Both the position numbers and the translations under genes were made by a program. Source: Hydrolagus affinis (taxonomy: Eukaryota). Taken from it: 64,000 nt of DNA. The notes under the pieces are model-generated. The model ran no database searches, had not been told where the DNA came from, and saw only the letters and a program-made list of their open reading frames with translations. The DNA is taken from contig JAAILG010000349.1 in NCBI GenBank assembly GCA_012026655.1, positions 1 through 64,000 of the forward strand, in the 5' to 3' direction. This document shows, one piece after another, positions 23,101-35,095 of this stretch (the stretch's first letter is position 1; every line of letters starts with the position of its first letter).

Positions 23101-25083
23101 ATGTTAGAGAAATTACTGTATTTAATAAGCGTCGGCTGCTTTATCTGCCCGTGGGGTGTGCGAGGCTGTCCCGAACCATGCGTTTGTCGGGACAAATACT
23201 CCAACCAGTTCGCGGATTGCGCTTACAAGAACTTCCAGGCCGTTCCGGTCGGTTTGCCTTACAACGTGACCACCCTGAGCCTTTCCGCGAACAAGATCAA
23301 GTCTTTGCTGAGGGTCGACTTCGCCGAGGTGACTCAGGTGACCTCCCTCTGGTTGGCCCACAATGAGATCAGGAAGATCGAGAAGGGGACCCTGACCGTC
23401 TTGTTCCAACTCAAGAACCTTGACATCAGCCACAACCAGATAGAGGAGTTTCCCTGGGAGGACCTGTACAACCTGACTGCTCTGCAGTTGCTCAAGATGA
23501 ACAATAACCACATGGTGAACCTGCCCAGGGATGCCTTCTTCAACCTCAAAGACTTGCGCTCGCTGCGAATCAACAGCAACAAGTTCCACACCATTTGGGA
23601 AGGCACCTTCGACTCCCTGAGCTCGCTGTCCCACCTGCAAATCTACAACAACCCCTTCTCTTGCAGCTGCAACCTCCAGTGGTTGAAGGGTTGGATCGAC
23701 AAAGCCTTGATCTCCATCCCGGAGAAAAACGACATCGTGTGCTCGGTTCCCGAGGAGTTTAAAGGCGTCTCGGTGGTGGAGATGCCGGAATTGCAATGCG
23801 TGTCTCCTCTGGTGCATCTGACTTACCAACCGAGCAACGAGAAGGGCGAGCTGTACGAGGGCTACGCGCTGACCCTGCACTGCAACGCCACCGGGAGCCC
23901 GGCGCCCGTGATCAGGTGGAAAATACAGACCGCCAGCAAGGAGATTGAACTCAACGAGGCCAACGCGGTGGAGCCGGAGAGGAACGAGCTACTGCTGGAA
24001 AACCGCAAGGACCGAGCTGAACGTTTCGTGGCGCTGAAGAACGGCACCCTCGTTATCCCTCACCTGACCAAGTACGAGGAAGGGGCCTATAGCTGTATGG
24101 CCACCAACGAGTTGGGGACGAACCGGTCCACCCTGAACGTGGCGGTGACCGCTTCCCCCAAACGCGAACCCACGCACATCCAAGAGCCCAACTTAAACCA
24201 ACCGGGAGAGAGCAAACCCGGGCTGAAGCCGCACAAGAACAACGCCGTTACCTGGGTCAAACCCGGGGAGAAGGGTCAGCGGATCAACTCGGCGACGGCT
24301 GGGAACATCCCGGTACCCGTGGCCAAGAACTGCGGCAAGAGCCAGGGCAGTCACTACATCACCAACCACGCCTTCAACCGGAGCTCGGAAATGAAGCAAC
24401 ACACCTTCGACTTCGGGGTCATCGCCTTGGAAGTGACGGAGACCGACGCCAGGGTACAGCTGACCCCGTTTCAGACGGCCCCGGACAAAATCCACCTGGA
24501 AATGCTGTACCTGTGCGCCGAGCTGGGAGGGAGAGAGGCCACGGTTGTCCAATGGTCCATGATCGAAAACGGGGTGAACTCTTACCGGTTCCAGGGCTTG
24601 AAGCCGGGCTCCAACTACACCCTCTGCCTGACCTACACGGGGCAGGACTGCCAGGTGCAAGTGGTCTTCAGCACCAGGAGGAAGATCCCGTCTCTGCTCA
24701 TTATGATCATCGTCAGCTCCTTCCTCTTAGCCCTGGCCACCATCCCGCTGTTGGGAGCCACTTGCTGCCACCTGATGTACAAATACAGAGGCAAAACCTA
24801 CAAGCTCATCATGAAAACCCAACCGCCCGAGAGCCTCCACCAGACCGCGCCCTCCTGCACCTTTGACCCAAGCGCGTCCTTCCAGGGCTCGGAGAAGATC
24901 TACAACCCCAGCGAGGTGGGCGAGGAGAGTGTGGTGGCCGAGTCTGTGCCCGTGTCCCAGGCGAAAGCCAACCCTGAAGAGTTCGAAGCTTGTTCGGAAT
25001 ACAGCGACCGGTTACCTCTGGGGGCGGAGGCCGTCAACATCTCCCCGGAAATCAACGGCAACTACAGGCAACCGGTGCGTTGA
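23101..25083 (+). CDS. ISLR2: Immunoglobulin superfamily containing leucine-rich repeat protein 2 (Linx)
   Basis: 660-aa ORF: signal peptide, LRRNT (CPEPCVC), LRRs, LRRCT (NPFSCSC), Ig domain, FN3-like domain, TM (LLIMIIVSSFLLALATIPLLGATCC). The C-terminus SEYSDRLPLGAEAVNISPEINGNYRQ matches ISLR2. It lies next to STRA6, as in human. Confidence 0.96.
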   Translation: MLEKLLYLISVGCFICPWGVRGCPEPCVCRDKYSNQFADCAYKNFQAVPVGLPYNVTTLSLSANKIKSLLRVDFAEVTQVTSLWLAHNEIRKIEKGTLTVLFQLKNLDISHNQIEEFPWEDLYNLTALQLLKMNNNHMVNLPRDAFFNLKDLRSLRINSNKFHTIWEGTFDSLSSLSHLQIYNNPFSCSCNLQWLKGWIDKALISIPEKNDIVCSVPEEFKGVSVVEMPELQCVSPLVHLTYQPSNEKGELYEGYALTLHCNATGSPAPVIRWKIQTASKEIELNEANAVEPERNELLLENRKDRAERFVALKNGTLVIPHLTKYEEGAYSCMATNELGTNRSTLNVAVTASPKREPTHIQEPNLNQPGESKPGLKPHKNNAVTWVKPGEKGQRINSATAGNIPVPVAKNCGKSQGSHYITNHAFNRSSEMKQHTFDFGVIALEVTETDARVQLTPFQTAPDKIHLEMLYLCAELGGREATVVQWSMIENGVNSYRFQGLKPGSNYTLCLTYTGQDCQVQVVFSTRRKIPSLLIMIIVSSFLLALATIPLLGATCCHLMYKYRGKTYKLIMKTQPPESLHQTAPSCTFDPSASFQGSEKIYNPSEVGEESVVAESVPVSQAKANPEEFEACSEYSDRLPLGAEAVNISPEINGNYRQPVR

Positions 25084-25119
25084 TCGGTCACCAGCAACAG
25101 CCAAATTATAATGTACCAA

Positions 25120-25208
25120 CACACATACATACACACACAGACACGTATATACACACACCCACACACAGACACACACACACACATATATATATATGTATAA
25201 ACATATAC
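25120..25208. repeat. CA/TA microsatellite in ISLR2 3' UTR
   Basis: Imperfect (CA)n and (TA)n runs directly after the stop codon. Confidence 0.85.
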
Positions 25209-26203
25209 GGAAATCCCACACAAACAAGCAATGGATGACAGTATACAAACCTGTGGACGGATTCCCAATCCCACGCTTTTCCAGACCCCGGGAATGTTGC
25301 CATTGATTGACGGCGGCGTTTGGATCGGGAGGGTTTAAAAGCGTGTCCTACTCCAGGGTTTCACACGGAATATGCGATTCAACCTCCAACTGTGTGGTGC
25401 TGGATAGAGAGAGAGAGAGAGAGAGAACACCCAGCTCACCCGCTCTACAAAAGACATTCTTTGTAAATCGCGCTAAAGAGCAAACCTGGAGCGTTTTCGA
25501 ATATTTGTTACAACGTTTTGAAATTTGTTGGTGCTTTTGGGACTTCAATTTATAAAGTTGTTTATTACTTTGTAGAGAATCGTATCTTTTGGCATGTCGG
25601 CGGTCAAAAATACCCCCCTCCCTCCCTCCCCACCCACCCACCCAACCCCCGTTCCTAAAACCTGTGCATATTAATTCCGGATATTAATATAGTGAAGAGT
25701 TGTAGCCATGCGGTGTGTGTATCGGTCAATGTGTATCTACGGTAAGGTTCCTGCAAATATTCTACATTCTGAGGTGGTTCAGAACACAAGTTCGCCGTGT
25801 TGAGATATGCAATGTGTTTTGTTGCATCGGTCGGTCTATCTGTAAAGTTCATGTTGTAAATCCCGTCATTTTACGAGGTGCAGTTTGTGTAAGGAAACAT
25901 CCGCATCAAACACCAAACCATTTGTCGTTGCTAACAATTATCAGTCAACTTGTGGATTCCTAGCGCTCGTTTCTGATCCGACTGACTTCATTCTACCCAA
26001 AACCTGGCAACAACAAGCGGGCCCTTTTGATATTGGTTTATGTATGTGTTCAGTCAATTAAATGACAAGTATTCCAAATCTGTCTAACGCGTTGTTATTT
26101 CTGGAAAAAAAACTTCAAACGCCTACCCTGACGACCTTCACGTGGCTTGGTGGTGCAATGTGACATTTGACTATTGTTAATCTCACAAACATTCACCTCA
26201 GTT

Positions 26204-26470
26204 ACAAGCGAGAGAGCTGGATTCAATTCAAGCCTTGGGCAAGTTTCCTTACTCCATACGCCTGATAATAATCCCTCAAGAAAAAAAACCCTGTAGTAAA
26301 TTGGTTCACTCAAGCCATGACTGTTTGTGGGTCACTGCTGTGCACAATTGACTGCCGCGTTTCGCCCACAAATAAACAGTCAATTCACTTTACAGTGTAT
26401 TCGGTGAAGCGCTTTAAGACGTCGAGAAGACATGAAGAGCGCTAATATCACAAGCAGGGAGTATTATTGT
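26204..26470 (+). mobile_element. SINE family A copy, near full length
   Basis: acaagcgagagagctggattcaattc...ccttgggcaagtttccttactcc...gtttcgcccacaaataaacagtcaattcactttacag...aagcgcttt. Confidence 0.85.
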
Positions 26471-27939
26471 GATGTTATTAATGCGGGCTCTCTCATTCAA
26501 GACGTGTCACTGTGCCTTGAAGAAAAGCACGAACGTTTTGAGAGACCCTTTACCATTATGGTGTTACCTATTCTTTTGTGAAATGCTTTTACAGTGTTAG
26601 TGTGCGGTTGCATCCTAATAATGCCCCTATTTTATATTTCATATCTGGACAGCATTCACACCACAATAGGTAGAGCAACCTGCTAGATATTCACACGATG
26701 AGCCGATTGAAGGTTTACATGATAGAAACATGAAAATTTCACTGTGTTATCTCAGAGGAGAATCCAACCCCACGAGGAAATGCCCAATAAATTGTAGCAT
26801 AGAATAGGAAACTGAGTACGAGTCTGATTCGACGCTACGTTAACAACAAAAAACAACTTTTTAAAAAAGAAATCGAAAAGCAGCGTGTAAATGGAACTTA
26901 ATTTTTGTACCGCGACTGATTAGCGGGGCGAGTTATATGTTTTCATTAAAAAAAAGTGCTTTATGTTGCCATTTTATGTTGAGGCGTTGTGAAAGACCAC
27001 AGTCAACAGTGATCGAGGTCCAGCGCATTCCAAGGACATCGTCAAAGAAGATCTCTTGGGCTGTGATTTCAGCTTCGGTTGGAAATACTGTATTGGTTTC
27101 GGATCTCCCCCCTTCCAAAGAGCTCGTGTTCACCACGGTTCCTGCCCTCCTCGCAGCTGCTCCCAGCAATCTCAGGCCATTAATAGGAATCCTCCAGCCT
27201 CCAAGTACCGCTAGTGATGAGGCTTTCGCCTCCCCCCCCCCCCCCTTTCCAGCTGAGAATGTGTACTTCTCTGAAACAGCTGTCTCTTTCCAGCACATCA
27301 TTCTCCAGCTTAGCCTAAAGGCAACAGCGCCTGGCAAACGAATAGAAATCAAGGTCGCTTTACAGTATTTTAAACTAGTTATCTTTTAAAACTACTAGAC
27401 AGGAGTGTGTATAGGGTACAACACATATATGCGTTTCCACGTTAGGGGATTTTAAATTACCCTTATCCTCCCCTCCATAGAATGAATCACTCAATCAATC
27501 AATTCTAGAAATAAACACACAGCGTTGAGAATGAAATGAATGCAATTCGTCTGGTGATTTAAAAAAAAACACAACCAAGTTTAATTCCTCCTTGTGGGGC
27601 AGTGATCTTGCACATAAGGTATCAGTTCAGTTAGGAAAGCAGCTCAGAAGCCACAAACCACGAGACATACCTGCCATCTCGAGATCCCCTCTCAAAAAAG
27701 GCACTAAGGACACATTTCCTCTAAAGCTACAAGTTTGTGTTGTTCGGCTGCCAAGAAAGCGATAGTGGGCGCAGGTGAAGTGCCTCAACACACACGGGCA
27801 GGGGGAGGAGAGAGGTTAGAGGGGAAATAAAATATACCCTGGGCTTCTTCTGTTACCTTTCTTACAAAGCAGAGAAAGCGTGCAGTAGATAAGGTTGGAA
27901 GGAAGTTCTTCACTGAGGTGGCTGTTAGTAAGAGATGGC

Positions 27940-28040
27940 ATTCCCCTCTCCCATGCTCGGATCCTGGTCCCTGTCTGTTCAGCGCCTTGGGACATCCTTC
28001 TACCTCGAAAGGGACTCTAAAATGTTGTTGTTGTTGTTAC
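27940..28040 (+). mobile_element. L2-type 3' tail fragment
   Basis: ctgttcagcgccttgggacatcc...gaaagggactctaaaatg(ttg)n resembles the L2 tail at 3280-3350. Confidence 0.5.
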
Positions 28041-28239
28041 CATGTGGGGTTTACTTAAGTCACAGTTGGCCATTGAGACTGAATCAATGGAAATCATTAC
28101 AGGGATCTGATTAAACACCTAAGAGGTAACATTATGGTGATAGCTGAAGTGCTATTAATAAAACAACTTCACATAACCATAGACACACTTGCAGCAGTGG
28201 CAAATGGTGTCCTGAAAGGTATTGACTGAACACACATGA

Positions 28240-28567
28240 TAATTATACTTGCATTTGATATAGCACTATATCAAGTCTTCAAACTAAAGTCAAACTATCT
28301 CAAAGCACCTGACAGTATACAATGTAAAACCCTGCAGTGTCTCACAAAACAGTCATAGATTGAGTAACCAATTTATTATTGTATTTTTTCTGAAGGAGTT
28401 ATTACCCTTGGAAAAACAATCCAACATTTGACTTACTGCGGGGATCCTGCTTACTGCTAGGTAAACAGGAATGTGGAGTTAGGAAACTTGCCCAACATTT
28501 CACCCTGTCGGGAATCAAACCTACATCTCTTGCTTGAACGCTCTAACCACTGAGCTATAGAACTCCA
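28240..28567 (-). mobile_element. SINE family A copy, degenerate
   Basis: Reverse complement starts ggagttctatagctcagtggttagagcg...ggtttgattcccg and ends ...gtgctatatcaaatgcaagtataatta. Confidence 0.75.
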
Positions 28568-30030
28568 TGGATTATTATCCAAATCTCAGCAATGTGGGAT
28601 ATTTAGGGAAATATTCAATCGTTAGGCCATGGGTTAAGAAAATAAATGCATTCGGATGTTTCTGGATTAATTGACATTTAAAAGCTGCAAGGTTTTACTT
28701 CCATAGAAAATCCACTATTTGAAATATCATTTACTAAAGTGCACACAAACTATTTCAAATATTCTTTTATGAACTCAACATTGGAAACTGTATACAATTT
28801 CCAGTCAGGCAATTATTCACAAAAGTGATGATATTAAAAAATAGTAATGTTTCTTCTTGGTTTCTGTCCGGAGTTTAAACAAAACACACACAAATAATGT
28901 TTCTAAATCCCAATTTGAAAAGATTGGTAAACAGTATTCCAAGCATAGAATTGTCATTAAAAAAAATCCTGATCCCAAGTGCAACATTTCTTGACAAATT
29001 ACTGGATGGAGACCATAATACAGGATGTGGGTTTGCAAAATGCTGTCAGTGCATTTCATCTGATGTGTTACTGCAGGCTTCTTCGATGATTACTGTAGTT
29101 ACATTGCAAGATGTTGGTTTGTAAACCAACTTAAATTTATAAGGAACGCCCTTAAAGCTCACCAAATATAGCTATTCTCTTTAGATATAGTATATGGCAA
29201 TGCAAGAAAATACTGAAAAATACCTAGGAATTAAAATGCATGTAGCTTTATAGATTATAGATTAGGTTTGCATGTCAGTAAAGACCATATTTTTAAAGGT
29301 GTCCAATCAAAACACCACCCTACTTTTTTTTCTTGCTTTCTGGCAAGTACATGTTCAATTTACATCAACTCAGTTTCTATTTAACAAATTGCTGATCTTA
29401 TTTGTCATTGTGGGGAAAATAGTTTTACATCAAATACATTAGCAAATGCGTGTGGAAGGAAAGGTGCAGAAATTCACTTCCTCACACGTTTCACTTTTGT
29501 TGATGCAGAATATCAAAATCAACAGGTATCCCAATACATAAGAGTGGCAGATGGCGGGCCTTACATACTTGCTATTAGCAACCATCAGGCAGCACAGATT
29601 AGATGACAACTGATGTAAATGTCTTCGTATTCAAAATCATTCAACCAAAAAAATCCTTTCTATTCCCTCTAAGATGTCCTATTTTTCAGACTGTTCATTT
29701 TTTATCATGTAACTAGAGGGTTATTATAACTTTAAAGTAGCATTTTGCAGAATTTTGGGGTTTAATTTTGTAGATTTAATAATAAAAAAAAGGAAAATAG
29801 GCACTCACAACCTGATTGAGGTCACGCTTATTGATGTTTTCTTTTGATTCTAGTGCAGTCTTGGCTCTAAATTGTTCCCGGTTATTTGAGCAGTTGTTTC
29901 AGTGTAATTAGACAAATACTTTGTGTTAGTAAGTGAAACCAGTAACCAAAAAGGTGAGAAGTGAAAACGTAACACGTCTGACCTTGCTGTCTAGATTAGG
30001 TGCAACAAAAGCTCAGATCTACATATCAGC

Positions 30031-30260
30031 CTATTCACTTTCACATGTCTCAGGTTTATCAAGTTCATCCTTGCTGTTCTTGGGTGAGAGGCTCAATTTT
30101 CCATTCAAGACCATATCTGTTGACAAGTGACCAATGGACCTTCTGGCTTTGACCAGTGAAGGATTGTTCAGCAGAGTGAGCAGTAGGCACCACTTTGCTC
30201 TTGCCCGTTTGGATCTGGCTGCTTTTGTACATTTTTGATCAGTTTGCATCAGTTGAATCC
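30031..30260 (-). CDS. STRA6: STRA6 coding exon 17 (last; calmodulin-binding cytoplasmic tail)
   Basis: GIQLMQTDQKCTKAARSKRARAKWCLLLTLLNNPSLVKARR...* (human GMQLLQT...RARWGLAYTLLHNPTL). Summed CDS 2010 nt = 669 aa. Confidence 0.93.
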
Positions 30261-30818
30261 CTGGAAGTGGTGACAAAATCCACAATTAGATCATGATCAG
30301 ACATTACATTTGCTCTTCACAAATGCAGCTCATGAACACCCCCCACCACCCCCTCTCCCACCCCCACCGCGCCTTTTGTGTATCAGTTCTGGAATAATAT
30401 AATAACAGGATTGAAACATGTTGCCCTTTTAAGATATGGATTCAATCCACTTACATTAAGAAATGCTAGAAAGTGGCATTATGTGCAAAGGAAAAAAAAA
30501 GTAACTAAGTGAGTGGATTACTGGGAAACAGGATGCACTTTATAATCCTAATGCCATCATGCAACATGGTGCTTTGCAGAATTTACTGTGAAATTAGTGA
30601 TTGTATATTTTTTTGGAAAATGCGGTTGCCAACTTGAACACAGCAAAGTGCCCTCAAAAAGTCATGAATAACAAATTCTATCGGGGGTGGGGGGATGGAA
30701 ACTGTTGTACAGATCACTGAGAGAAACATAGCGCCATGGAAACTTTAAAAGGAGGAGATGAGGATTCAGTTTCTCCATTATATTTCCAGCCTTTGTTCTC
30801 CATCATAGCATAGCTAAC

Positions 30819-30956
30819 CTTCCTCCACATCTTTGCTTTGACGACCACCACCTCGCTCAGAGCTTCGGGAATGAAGCAGGAGAGAGCAAAAAGCTTTCAT
30901 CACTGGATGTGACTGGCTGACTTCAATCGTGAGGAAATTGATGTAAGAATAGTAAC
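30819..30956 (-). CDS. STRA6: STRA6 coding exon 16
   Basis: [28 protein letters not shown]...DVEE (human [28 protein letters not shown]). Confidence 0.95.
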
Positions 30957-31640
30957 CTGGGGGAGGAAAGTATTAACTGTTGATAACTGTTAACATGCAA
31001 GTGTTTCCTACAACATAGTCACTATACTTTACAGTAAATCCTGTGAAACATTTGCAGGTGACCTGCCAACATGAAAAGTACGTCTTCAAGAAATTGATAA
31101 TTTTTATGTTTCTTGACCTTCCCAGTGACTACAATGTTTGCAGGGTAGGCAGGGAAAAGATGTTGGAAAAAAAGGGGAAACTGATCAGATGGAAGGCACA
31201 GGCACTTTCACGCAGGAATTGCAATTGGGGGGGTGGGGTGGGAAGAGGGAGGAAGCAAGTGGACAAATCATAAGTCCTCCTTAGGAGCGTTTACAAATTT
31301 CCTAATTGTTGGTCAGGTCAAGAACAGGATCTCCAGTAGCCTCAGATCAAGTTACACAATTCATAGAGAAAATACAAGCTCTCAATGGATTCTATACAGT
31401 CACAAAATGGGATAAAACTAATAAAATCCCATTAGTTACAATTTCCCATGGAAATGACACAGTTGGAGGCCATATAATCTGTTGTATTAGCGTAAGTTCT
31501 TTCTACCCATTTCCCATGTAAATCAAAAGAATTTTGTACATTTCATGGATCTGTTTTATTGCAGAGGATCAGGACCATTTACTGAAGTATCAGAGATCCA
31601 TCATATAACAGAGCACTAACGGTAGAGACTATAGTGTTAC

Positions 31641-31804
31641 CTGGGTCAAACATCTCAACCCCACGATTGAGCAGCCCAAGGTCCAGTCGACAGAAATGGA
31701 TAACATTGAAGAGTGCAGTAAGAACCAATCGCCAAACTGCAGCAATAACTCCTATCAGCACATTGAATGTGAATAGAAGGTAGGTGAAGATGTAGAGTAT
31801 TCGT
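31641..31804 (-). CDS. STRA6: STRA6 coding exon 15
   Basis: RILYIFTYLLFTFNVLIGVIAAVWRLVLTALFNVIHFCRLDLGLLNRGVEMFDP; 164 nt. Confidence 0.95.
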
Positions 31805-32069
31805 CTAAGAAGAACAGAAAAATTGAAATGCATTGTGAAATATTCCAGATGCACACATTTTGAGCAAAATTTCCTATTCATCTTTGAAATATAGAATAGA
31901 AGACTTATCCTCTTCCGATAGTCCCATTGGTCACCTCAAATCCCCCCCTTTCCCTCCATCCTCCCCATTCCCAGCTCGGGTCTGAAACAATGATTATCCA
32001 GTGCCTTGGGATGTACTCCTGACGTGAAAGACACTATACAAATGTAATTTTGTTATTGTCATTCCATAC

Positions 32070-32171
32070 CTATTTGTGACACTGAATGTTTCTCCATTTT
32101 TCTGAAGGAAAATGAAACGAGCCAATATATGTTGGAGTAAGACTATCAGAATTAGTGTTAACCAGAACGGC
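32070..32171 (-). CDS. STRA6: STRA6 coding exon 14
   Basis: PFWLTLILIVLLQHILARFIFLQKNGETFSVTNR; 102 nt. Confidence 0.95.
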   Translation of the reverse strand, partial: AVLVNTNSDSLTPTYIGSFHFPSEKWRNIQCHK

Positions 32172-32286
32172 CTATAAAAAAATGAGAGAAAACAAATATG
32201 CATCACAATACCCCCCATGTAACAATAGATCAAGAATTTCCATTTGATATATTATTCCTCACTGTTCAGTAAGTAACATTACTCAC

Positions 32287-32404
32287 CACATTTTCTCCAG
32301 GATACGGAAGATGATCATGTTTTGGCCAGTGAGAATGGGAATGATGATAAGAAAGGCAAACAGTAGGAAACAAATAAAGAAGACTATCTGTTGAATGATG
32401 AGCC
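32287..32404 (-). CDS. STRA6: STRA6 coding exon 13
   Basis: GLIIQQIVFFICFLLFAFLIIIPILTGQNMIIFRILEKMW; 118 nt. Confidence 0.95.
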
Positions 32405-32839
32405 CTAGAAAAAAGGAGCAATGCAAAGAATAAGGTTCACAATTACAAATTTCATTTAGAACATCCGACAATATTTTGCCAAACAAGTCAAATAAGGAAC
32501 TCTCCACTCTATGCTGAACCTTTGGCATTTCCCAGAAGGTCAGAACTGAAATGAATTAAGAAAATAACATAAACTAGTAATTTAAGTAACAAAGTTCTAA
32601 TAGAAAATGTTAAATCAAGAGCTTAGAATAAGCAAGCTGATGGAATCTGGAATGTAATTACATTTAATATTTAAAAATACACAAACAGACACACCTTAAT
32701 GTTTGCTGCAATAAAAATTCAGTAACTATTAATTTTCAGAATTTTAAATCCGAGTGAAATAGTCAATATGATTTAAACATTAACTATTTAAACTAAAACT
32801 AGTTCAGGAGGGACACAGAAAACATGATTGTATACTTCA

Positions 32840-32873
<34 letters not shown>

Positions 32874-32971
32874 AGGCAATGGAAATAAGCAAAAGGGTTG
32901 CAACTTGTCTTAGTTAAAGTTCATCAATTGCATGACTCATTCCATTAATCAGAGTGTCCACAATTAGTTAC

Positions 32972-33105
32972 CTAAACAGACATGGGCAGCCTGGTAGCCA
33001 GTGAAACACATCCAGGAGGCAATGCTAGATCTCGAGGGTTTAATACGCCTTATGCAGTTGAAGACTTTTTGAGTGTCGCCTCTGTAGAGAGCCCTGAGGT
33101 TGTCT
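32972..33105 (-). CDS. STRA6: STRA6 coding exon 12
   Basis: DNLRALYRG...PSRSSIASWMCFTGYQAAHVCL; 134 nt. Confidence 0.95.
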
Positions 33106-33181
33106 CTGTAATGAACAAAATGCAATTTCATGCTTGCTTGGATACATATTGCTAGGATTACGTAAGCAGTACATACATATA

Positions 33182-33225
<44 letters not shown>

Positions 33226-33557
33226 CACCCACACACACATTGGACAGTGCAGTACATAAAGTATTTAAATAGAACAGTGACCATTTCTTTGTCAGTGTCA
33301 AGGTTGATAACTGGTGCACAATCACACAAAACTAATAAAAACTTACAATTCAAAAGGGAAAAAAATGTGATGCATTTTCCAAACACTGATAAGCTCAAAT
33401 GCTTCTAAAAGCATCATATTGAACCATGATATTATACATCAAGTCACTTTTGCTGCCTCTATTCGCAATGTGTTTAAATGGATCACAAGGCAGTTTACAT
33501 ATCCAAGTACATTGCCCTTGGGAGGAATGACCTCTGAATTGATTTTTTAAAAATTAC

Positions 33558-33633
33558 CTGTGTAAAACCAAGGACCTCATTAATGTAAGAAGAGTCAGAA
33601 TACAGGAAACAGCCACAGCAGACATATAGCAGA
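33558..33633 (-). CDS. STRA6: STRA6 coding exon 11
   Basis: VCYMSAVAVSCILTLLTLMRSLVLHR (human [26 protein letters not shown]); 76 nt. Confidence 0.93.
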
Positions 33634-34064
33634 CTGTTGGAAAAAGGAGAAAAAAATAACTTCTGTGTTTTAGTCAGATATTATACAGTACTTCATATTT
33701 TCTACATATTTTGTCCATTATTATAGCCCCAAATGGTTGCTGCATCTTCCTAGAAAATAATTACTGCATTCAACATCAATTATTGTGAACTTTTGATGTG
33801 ATAAAACACCATAAAAAACAAGGCCTTGCCTTTTAATTACAACCTTGGCTCAACCACTGTATTCCAGGATTAAGTGAAGACCAATGCATTGATATGGTCA
33901 TAAACACCCAGATATCCCCATTATTACACTAGAAATAAATGGGCTAATGGCTTCCCCCTTGCCTCACATGGCTATAAACTTGTTCCAAGGCTCATTTATG
34001 ATGGAAACACTCAGAAAAATGAGATCCAAATTAAAGTTAGTTACAAAAACCTCAATATTCACAT

Positions 34065-34202
34065 TTCTGCTGTGCAATTGGCTGCTGCGTTTCTCCCACA
34101 AAAGTACACAATCAATTTGCTTTCTAACATATTCTGTAAAGAACATTGAGATGTCTCAACAATGTGATAAGGCACTATCAAAAACAAGTACAGTATTATT
34201 GT
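34065..34202 (+). mobile_element. SINE family A 3' fragment
   Basis: ctgctgtgcaattggctgctgcgtttctcccac...attctgtaaagaacattgagatgtc...tattatt. Confidence 0.7.
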
Positions 34203-34258
34203 AATTTATATTATAATTACATTTATATTATAATTATAACAAACAATTAAGTGTGTAC

Positions 34259-34421
34259 CTTCAACAACCCAAAATAGGTACTTGACAATAGTGACAACTT
34301 CAGCCCTATTTGGGGATAGGCTAATACGAAATTCATCAAGTAAGTAGGAGATATCTTCTTGGACTCCTAACCGTAAGCTCTGCAGAGTGGGTATAACACT
34401 CACAATAATTAGAACAGCAAC
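34259..34421 (-). CDS. STRA6: STRA6 coding exon 10 (RBP-binding extracellular loop)
   Basis: VAVLIIVSVIPTLQSLRLGVQEDISYLLDEFRISLSPNRAEVVTIVKYLFWVVE; 163 nt. Confidence 0.95.
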
Positions 34422-34829
34422 CTGCAGGAAATGTGGGAGAATGTGGAAGAGGATAACATTAGCGATGATATCTATTATATATCATATATACACCAGTAAA
34501 TAGATATATAGAGCGCCTTTCAGGCTTGTTCATGTAAAGCATCCCCAGATACAAAACTCATTTTATTTAAGCAACTAATCAATAAATGACAAAGAATCAT
34601 CTTATTCATAAATCCTTTAATATCAGCAGCTTTGCATACATTTATCTGCATGCTTGTAGCAACGAAGCAACATCTAACACTCATCACTTTGGGCATTCAC
34701 CCTAACAAAATAATTATTGGACATTTATTCTGAATTGTGCTGAAAATGTAATCTGATTCACAGGTGAGGAGATGCCCATGATCTATAAAATAATTAGTTA
34801 TTAGTTTAAAAATCATTAACGCTGCTTAC

Positions 34830-34891
34830 CTGATAGACAGAAACTATTGCCACAGTCATAGTTATGACCAGTTTTGTTGGTACGCTGAATC
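34830..34891 (-). CDS. STRA6: STRA6 coding exon 9
   Basis: GFSVPTKLVITMTVAIVSVYQ (human [21 protein letters not shown]); 62 nt. Confidence 0.92.
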
Positions 34892-34987
34892 CTGAAAAGG
34901 ATATAAAAAGAATTGTTAGTCACAATAAAACTCTCTGACAAAATCTTTCTGGTGATAAAAGATTCCAAGTTAATAAAAACAATAAAC

Positions 34988-35095
34988 AATAATCCTTGCA
35001 TGCGATATACTACTTTTCATATCTTCTAGACGTCTGAAAGCACTTCACAAAATACACTGTAAAGTGAATTGACTATATATTTGTGGGTGAAATGC
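34988..35095 (-). mobile_element. SINE family A 3' fragment
   Basis: aataatccttgcat...cttctagacgtctgaaagcacttcac...ctgtaaagtgaattgactatatatttgtgggtgaaa is the reverse-complement tail. Confidence 0.75.

Noticed and set aside
23122-24866. Long antisense and alternate-frame ORFs (252, 155, 117 aa) over ISLR2
   Set aside because: Expected shadows of a GC3-rich coding exon; no recognisable domains.
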